From contig CAWANH010000028.1 of NCBI GenBank assembly GCA_963783375.1, positions 1,856,001 through 1,920,000 of the forward strand: a stretch of DNA of 64,000 nucleotides, given 5' to 3'. Under the pieces are notes generated by a model, which was given only the letters and a program-made list of their open reading frames with translations, searched no databases and was not told the DNA's origin. Below are positions 60,102-64,000 of the stretch, in pieces. The stretch is from Candidatus Eiseniibacteriota bacterium. Its GTDB lineage: Bacteria; Eisenbacteria; RBG-16-71-46; JABDJR01. Within the stretch, counting starts at the first letter, position 1, and the number at the start of each line of letters is the position of its first letter. The position numbers and the translations under genes are program-made.

Positions 60102-61593
60102 GGCCATCGAGCACCATCGGCGCGGGGAACTCGGCCGCGCGGAAACGATCTACCGGAAGCTCCTGAAGGCCCGTCCCGACCACGCCGACGCCCTCCACCT
60201 GCTGGGGTGCGTGGAGCTGGCTCGGGGGAAGGGCGAGCCGGCGGTCCGGCTCATGCGGAAGGCGGTGGATCTCGCGCCGGCCACCGCCCTCTACCATCAG
60301 AACCTGGCCGAGGCCTACCATCGCACCGGATGCCCCGAGCTCGCCGAGGCGGAGTGCCGGCTGGCCCTTCGCTTTGATCCGGAACGGCCCGAGGCCCTGA
60401 ACCGGCTGGGAGTCCTGGCCATGGAGGGGGGAAACCTCGAGGCGGCCCGGGACCGTCTCTCCGCCGCGCTCGCCGCCCGGCCCCTCTACGTCGAGGCCCT
60501 GGTGAACCTCACCGCGGTCCTCACCCGCCTCGGGGACTTCGACCTGGCCGTCCGCTCCGCGGAGCTGGCCCTGGGGATCGAACCCGAGCACCCGCTCGCC
60601 TGGAACAACCTGGGCCTGGCCCACCGCGGCGCCGGGCGCCGGGCCGAAGCCGCCGCCGCTTTCAACCGTGCCGGCGCCCATCCCATGGCGCGCTTCAACC
60701 TGGGCCATCTCCGGCTCCTGGAGGACGATCTCGCCCAGGGACTTCCGCTCCTGGAGGCGCGGAAGGAGCTGGTCAACCCGGGACGGAACCTCAGAAAGCC
60801 CGAGTGGGACGGCCGTCCCGTTCCCCGGAAGCGTCTCCTGGTCCTTCACGAGCAGGGGATGGGGGACACCCTTCTCATGGCCCGGTTCCTCCCCGTGCTC
60901 CCGGACCGCTTCGCCGCGGTGACGGTGGTGGTGCAGGAGCCGCTCCGGAGGCTACTGGCCGGGCTCGACCCGCGTCTGAACGTGGTCTCGAGCGTGCCTG
61001 CGCGGGGCTACGACCTCTGGTGCCTCACCATGAGCCTCCCCCATCTTCTGGGGATCGACGGGATCAACCGGGTCCCCACCGAGCCGTGGCTGGCCCCGGA
61101 GGCGCCGGGCACGTCGCGGACCCGGTTCCGGGCCGGGATCAACTGGGCCGGGAACCCGTCCTTCCAGTACGACCGCATCCGCTCCACCTCCCTCGACACG
61201 GTCTCCGATCTCCTCGCGATCGAGGGAGTGGAGTGGGTGTCGCTCCACCGGGGAGCCCGCGAATCCGAGGCCGAGGCCCACGGACTTCCCCAGCCCCTGG
61301 CCGGGGCCTCGGATTTCCTGGACACCGCCGCGGTGGTCGCGGGGCTGGACCTCGTGGTATCCACCGAGACCGCCATCCCCAATCTCTCCGCCGCCATGGG
61401 CGTTCCCACGATCCTTCTCGCCGCGGTGGACGTCGACTGGCGCTGGCGGTCCTGGTACCGCGGGCTCACGATCTGCTCCCAGGAGACTGCGGGGGACTGG
61501 AGCGGCGCGGTGGCCAAGGCGCGGCGGGCGGTGGTGGAGCGGGTGGCGGCGTGGTCGCGAGGGTGGCCGGAAACCGGGGCTCAGGCCGCCTGA
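60082..61593 (+). CDS. TPR-repeat protein with GT-B (GT9-like) glycosyltransferase domain
   Basis: N-terminal TPRs (ADALHLLG, WNNLG); WDG, EQGMGDT, GINWAGNP, DFLDTAAVVAGLDLVVS, DWRW. Confidence 0.82.
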   Translation: MPNTLREAIEHHRRGELGRAETIYRKLLKARPDHADALHLLGCVELARGKGEPAVRLMRKAVDLAPATALYHQNLAEAYHRTGCPELAEAECRLALRFDPERPEALNRLGVLAMEGGNLEAARDRLSAALAARPLYVEALVNLTAVLTRLGDFDLAVRSAELALGIEPEHPLAWNNLGLAHRGAGRRAEAAAAFNRAGAHPMARFNLGHLRLLEDDLAQGLPLLEARKELVNPGRNLRKPEWDGRPVPRKRLLVLHEQGMGDTLLMARFLPVLPDRFAAVTVVVQEPLRRLLAGLDPRLNVVSSVPARGYDLWCLTMSLPHLLGIDGINRVPTEPWLAPEAPGTSRTRFRAGINWAGNPSFQYDRIRSTSLDTVSDLLAIEGVEWVSLHRGARESEAEAHGLPQPLAGASDFLDTAAVVAGLDLVVSTETAIPNLSAAMGVPTILLAAVDVDWRWRSWYRGLTICSQETAGDWSGAVAKARRAVVERVAAWSRGWPETGAQAA

Positions 61594-62146
61594 CGCGCTT
61601 CGGGCTCGTCGTCCGAAGCGGACTTGTCTTCGGTGGCCGAACCGGCGTCGGCGCCGGGGTTCCCGGGGGCGATGTCGGTGGCCAAAGCGTCGGGCGTCTC
61701 CGCGGTCTCGGGTTCCTCGTCCGATGCCGCATCTCCGGACGCGGGGCCGGCCGGAGTCTCCACCTCGGTGCGTAGCGGCCCCAGGATGGCCTCGATCTTC
61801 ACTCCCAGCGCCTCCGGTTCGATGGGCTTCAGGAGGTAGCCGCTCACTCCGGCCTCCGCCGCCCGAACCACGTCCTCACGGGCGCAGCGGGTGGTGAGAA
61901 GCAGGAGGGGGGGACCGTCCGGTCGCCTTCCCGTCGCAGTCCTCGGGCCAGGTCGAGCCCGCTTTCCCCGGGGAGATCCCAGTCGGAGAGGATCAGCTCC
62001 ACGCCCCGCCCATCCTCGCTCTCCAGGATGCGGCGAGCCTCGGTGGCGGAGTCGGTGGTGAGCACATCGTCGACCCCCGCATCCCTGAGTACCCTGACCA
62101 GGGTTCTCCGCGCCGTCGGCGAGGGATCGACGACGAGGCACTTCAT
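61581..62146 (-). pseudogene. CheY-like response regulator with acidic tail, frameshifted at a G7 tract
   Basis: MKCLVVDPS...LILSDWDLP.ESG in one frame; LLLLTT...AAEAGVSGYLLKP in the next; junction at homopolymer 61907-61913. Confidence 0.75.
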
Positions 62147-62154
62147 GACTTGGC

Positions 62155-62481
62155 TCAGTCGGAGGGTGCGAGGCCGAGACCGGCGGCGAGACGGTCCAGC
62201 ACCTCGGTTCGGACCTCAGGGAGGTCGTAGTGGCCGCTGGCGATCCGGCCCAGGATGTCGCGGGCCCGCCCGGGGTCCAGCGCGCGCGGTGCCGAGGCCT
62301 CCTCGGACGCGCCCAGGAGTTCACGGGCGGTGTCGGAGATGGTGACCTCATCCCGGCGGGCCCCGGATCCCCGGGACCGGGAGGTCCCGGCGTCCTCGGG
62401 ACGGTCGGCGGGAGTCGCTCCCGTCGTCCGCCGGGTGCCGGCGCCGGTGGTCTTTCCCGCTCCAGCCGGATCGATGTGCAT
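62155..62481 (-). CDS. flgM: Anti-sigma28 factor FlgM
   Basis: DEVTISDTAREL...RARDILGRIASGHY; flagellar context; upstream sigma28 site. Confidence 0.78.
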   Translation of the reverse strand: MHIDPAGAGKTTGAGTRRTTGATPADRPEDAGTSRSRGSGARRDEVTISDTARELLGASEEASAPRALDPGRARDILGRIASGHYDLPEVRTEVLDRLAAGLGLAPSD

Positions 62482-62551
62482 GGTACTCCTCCTGACTCGA
62501 ATCGCGGGGCGGTCCCCGTCTCCCCCTGAACCGTTCGCCGCCCGATCGGAG

Positions 62552-62579
62552 TTATCGGTCGGTGGCAGCGGCGGCTTGA
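62552..62579 (-). promoter_or_regulatory. Sigma28 promoter of flgM
   Basis: Minus strand TCAAG-N15-ACCGATAA. Confidence 0.6.
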
Positions 62580-62595
62580 GCGGACTCAAGATGCC

Positions 62596-62973
62596 TCACG
62601 CTGGATTTCCCGCCAGACCCGTAGCCACGTGGCGGTTGATGTCGATCAAGGCGGTCAGCTTCTCCCGGCTCGGGGAGGCGAGGAGATCGAAGGTCCGCCG
62701 GTCCACGAAGGCGCTCAGCCTCAAGAGATCGATCCGGAGATCGACCGGGAGCGCGTGGTCCGGACGGGTCAGCTCGGTCTGGAAGAAGGTCCAGAGCTTC
62801 TGATTGAGGGACAGCGCCTCCCGGAGGCGCGGACCCCGCTCGGGATCGCTCCAGGCCTTGAGGCAGTTTTCCATGAGCCGCGCCGTCTTGTAGAGGGCGG
62901 CGGCCTCCAGGCTCCGGTTGGAATCGGTGGACTTGTTGCCTTGCTCGTAGGCGGCCAGCGGATCATGCAACAT
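62596..62973 (-). CDS. flaF: Flagellar biosynthesis regulator FlaF
   Basis: 'AY......R.LEA.AL', ALSLNQKLWT, 'LP..LR..L..LS.FV', LIDINR..A.GL. Confidence 0.88.
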   Translation of the reverse strand: MLHDPLAAYEQGNKSTDSNRSLEAAALYKTARLMENCLKAWSDPERGPRLREALSLNQKLWTFFQTELTRPDHALPVDLRIDLLRLSAFVDRRTFDLLASPSREKLTALIDINRHVATGLAGNPA

Positions 62974-63352
62974 GGTCGGTCAGCTCTTTCTCGTGTTGGA
63001 TGAGGCGTTTCGCGCTCTTCAGGGCCTGGTAGAGCCGGCCGGAGTCGGCCAGCCCGGAGATTTCATCGAGCTCGGGAGCCAGGAGCGGCACGGCCTGGCG
63101 AAGGTGGTCGACGAGGACCCGAAACGTGTCCCGATGCTCTTTGGTTCCTTCCGGATCGACGTAGGCGAGCTGGAGCGCCAAGTACACCCATTCGCACGCG
63201 GTGTGGACGGTCCGAGGACTCAGGATGTCCACTTCCCGAAGCACCGGCACCTCGTTCTCGATCAGGATCTCGGAGCGGGCGTCACCATTTCGGATCACCG
63301 CTCCGCCGAGGATCAAGCGTTCGCCGGGTTTCAGGCTCATTCGAAGGGGCAT
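62963..63352 (-). CDS. flbT: Flagellar regulator FlbT
   Basis: MPLRMSLKPGERLILGGAVIRNGD, 'LRE.DIL', 'Y.ALK..K.LI..E'. Confidence 0.9.
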   Translation of the reverse strand: MPLRMSLKPGERLILGGAVIRNGDARSEILIENEVPVLREVDILSPRTVHTACEWVYLALQLAYVDPEGTKEHRDTFRVLVDHLRQAVPLLAPELDEISGLADSGRLYQALKSAKRLIQHEKELTDHVA

Positions 63353-63426
63353 CTTGGCGCTCCTAACTCTCGGTCATTGGGACGTTTGCGGACCCGGCCG
63401 GCGGCGGCCGGGGTTGGCCGGAGGGT

Positions 63427-63455
63427 GGGACCGGCGGTTCGGAACCGCCGGTCCC
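63427..63455 (-). terminator. Strong hairpin downstream of flagellin
   Basis: 13-bp stem GGGACCGGCGGTT / AACCGCCGGTCCC. Confidence 0.55.
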
Positions 63456-63543
63456 CGTCCGGTCGCGGCCTTGCGACTCAGGCGCCGGGAGTGTCCCCGA
63501 CCCTCCGTATCTGCGCGGAGAGCCGGTGGACGCTTCCCCGGAG

Positions 63544-64000
63544 CTAAAAGAGACGCAGGACGCTCTGCTGGGCCTGGTTCGAGAGGCTCAGGGCCACGAT
63601 TCCCAGCTGCTGCCTGGTCTGCAGGGCCAACATGTTGGCTCCCTCTTCGTTCGGATCGGCGAGGGTCAGGTTGTCCGCGCCGGTGGTGAGGGAGTTGATC
63701 ATGTTCTTGGTGAACTCCTGACGGGTGTTCACCACGCCGAGGCCCGAGGACAGGGTCTGGGACTTGGACCGGAGCGTGGTCAGAGCCGCGTCCAGGTCGG
63801 TCTCCGCCGCGGTGATATCGGTGTCGCCGGCGAAGCTGTTCGCCGCGGCATCGATGCTCAGCCCGGTGGTGCTGCCGTCGAACCCGGAGATCGTGATGTT
63901 GCTCGATCCGTCCTCGTTGAAGTTCACGACGAGGTCGCTGGAGTCCAGGAGGTTCGTCCCGTTGTACGAGGCGTCGCTCGCGAGCTGGTCGATCTGGGTC
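63544..64000 (-). CDS. fliC: Flagellin, C-terminal part (start lies beyond the window end)
   Basis: QIDQLASDASYNGTNLL...LTLADPNEEGANMLALQTRQQLG..ALSLSNQAQQSVLRLF. Confidence 0.93.
   Translation of the reverse strand, partial: TQIDQLASDASYNGTNLLDSSDLVVNFNEDGSSNITISGFDGSTTGLSIDAAANSFAGDTDITAAETDLDAALTTLRSKSQTLSSGLGVVNTRQEFTKNMINSLTTGADNLTLADPNEEGANMLALQTRQQLGIVALSLSNQAQQSVLRLF

Overview
GC-rich bacterial chromosomal window. Signal-peptide proteins with FlgD-Ig/T9SS-like C-termini and a recurring C-terminal 'T/S-W-G-x-I-K' tail suggest an FCB-associated lineage such as Ca. Eisenbacteria or Krumholzibacteriota; this is inference only. Contents in order: a partial homocysteine S-methyltransferase; ccmABCDEF with a Cys-type CcmE; a triply frameshifted aspartate kinase; tRNA-Gly(GCC) carrying a 3.6 kb integrase-free, single-gene islet bounded by a 47-bp att repeat; a Cyc2-like heme-porin fusion with YceI; gnd-zwf; an acyl-CoA dehydrogenase/FixCX/ETF operon; an FG-GAP propeller sensor with a HATPase-like tail; a repeat-protein/tetraheme cytochrome/NrfC/NrfD operon; a fatty-acid hydroxylase; three secreted proteins sharing a candidate C-terminal sorting motif; a Ser/Thr kinase-STAND-TPR protein; an M16 peptidase pair; sigma54-driven envelope genes; namZ with a murU-amgK fusion; an M28 peptidase; a GT-C/TPR protein; a dead IS110 fragment with a structured upstream element; a PPi-type PFK; a sigma28-driven putative flagellin-modification operon; and flgM-flaF-flbT-flagellin. 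All calls come from motif recognition by eye, with no database searches. The best candidates for undescribed biology are the C-terminal 'TWGxIK' sorting-like motif, the tRNA islet, the 26-aa Trp-repeat protein heading a redox operon, and the heme-porin fusion.
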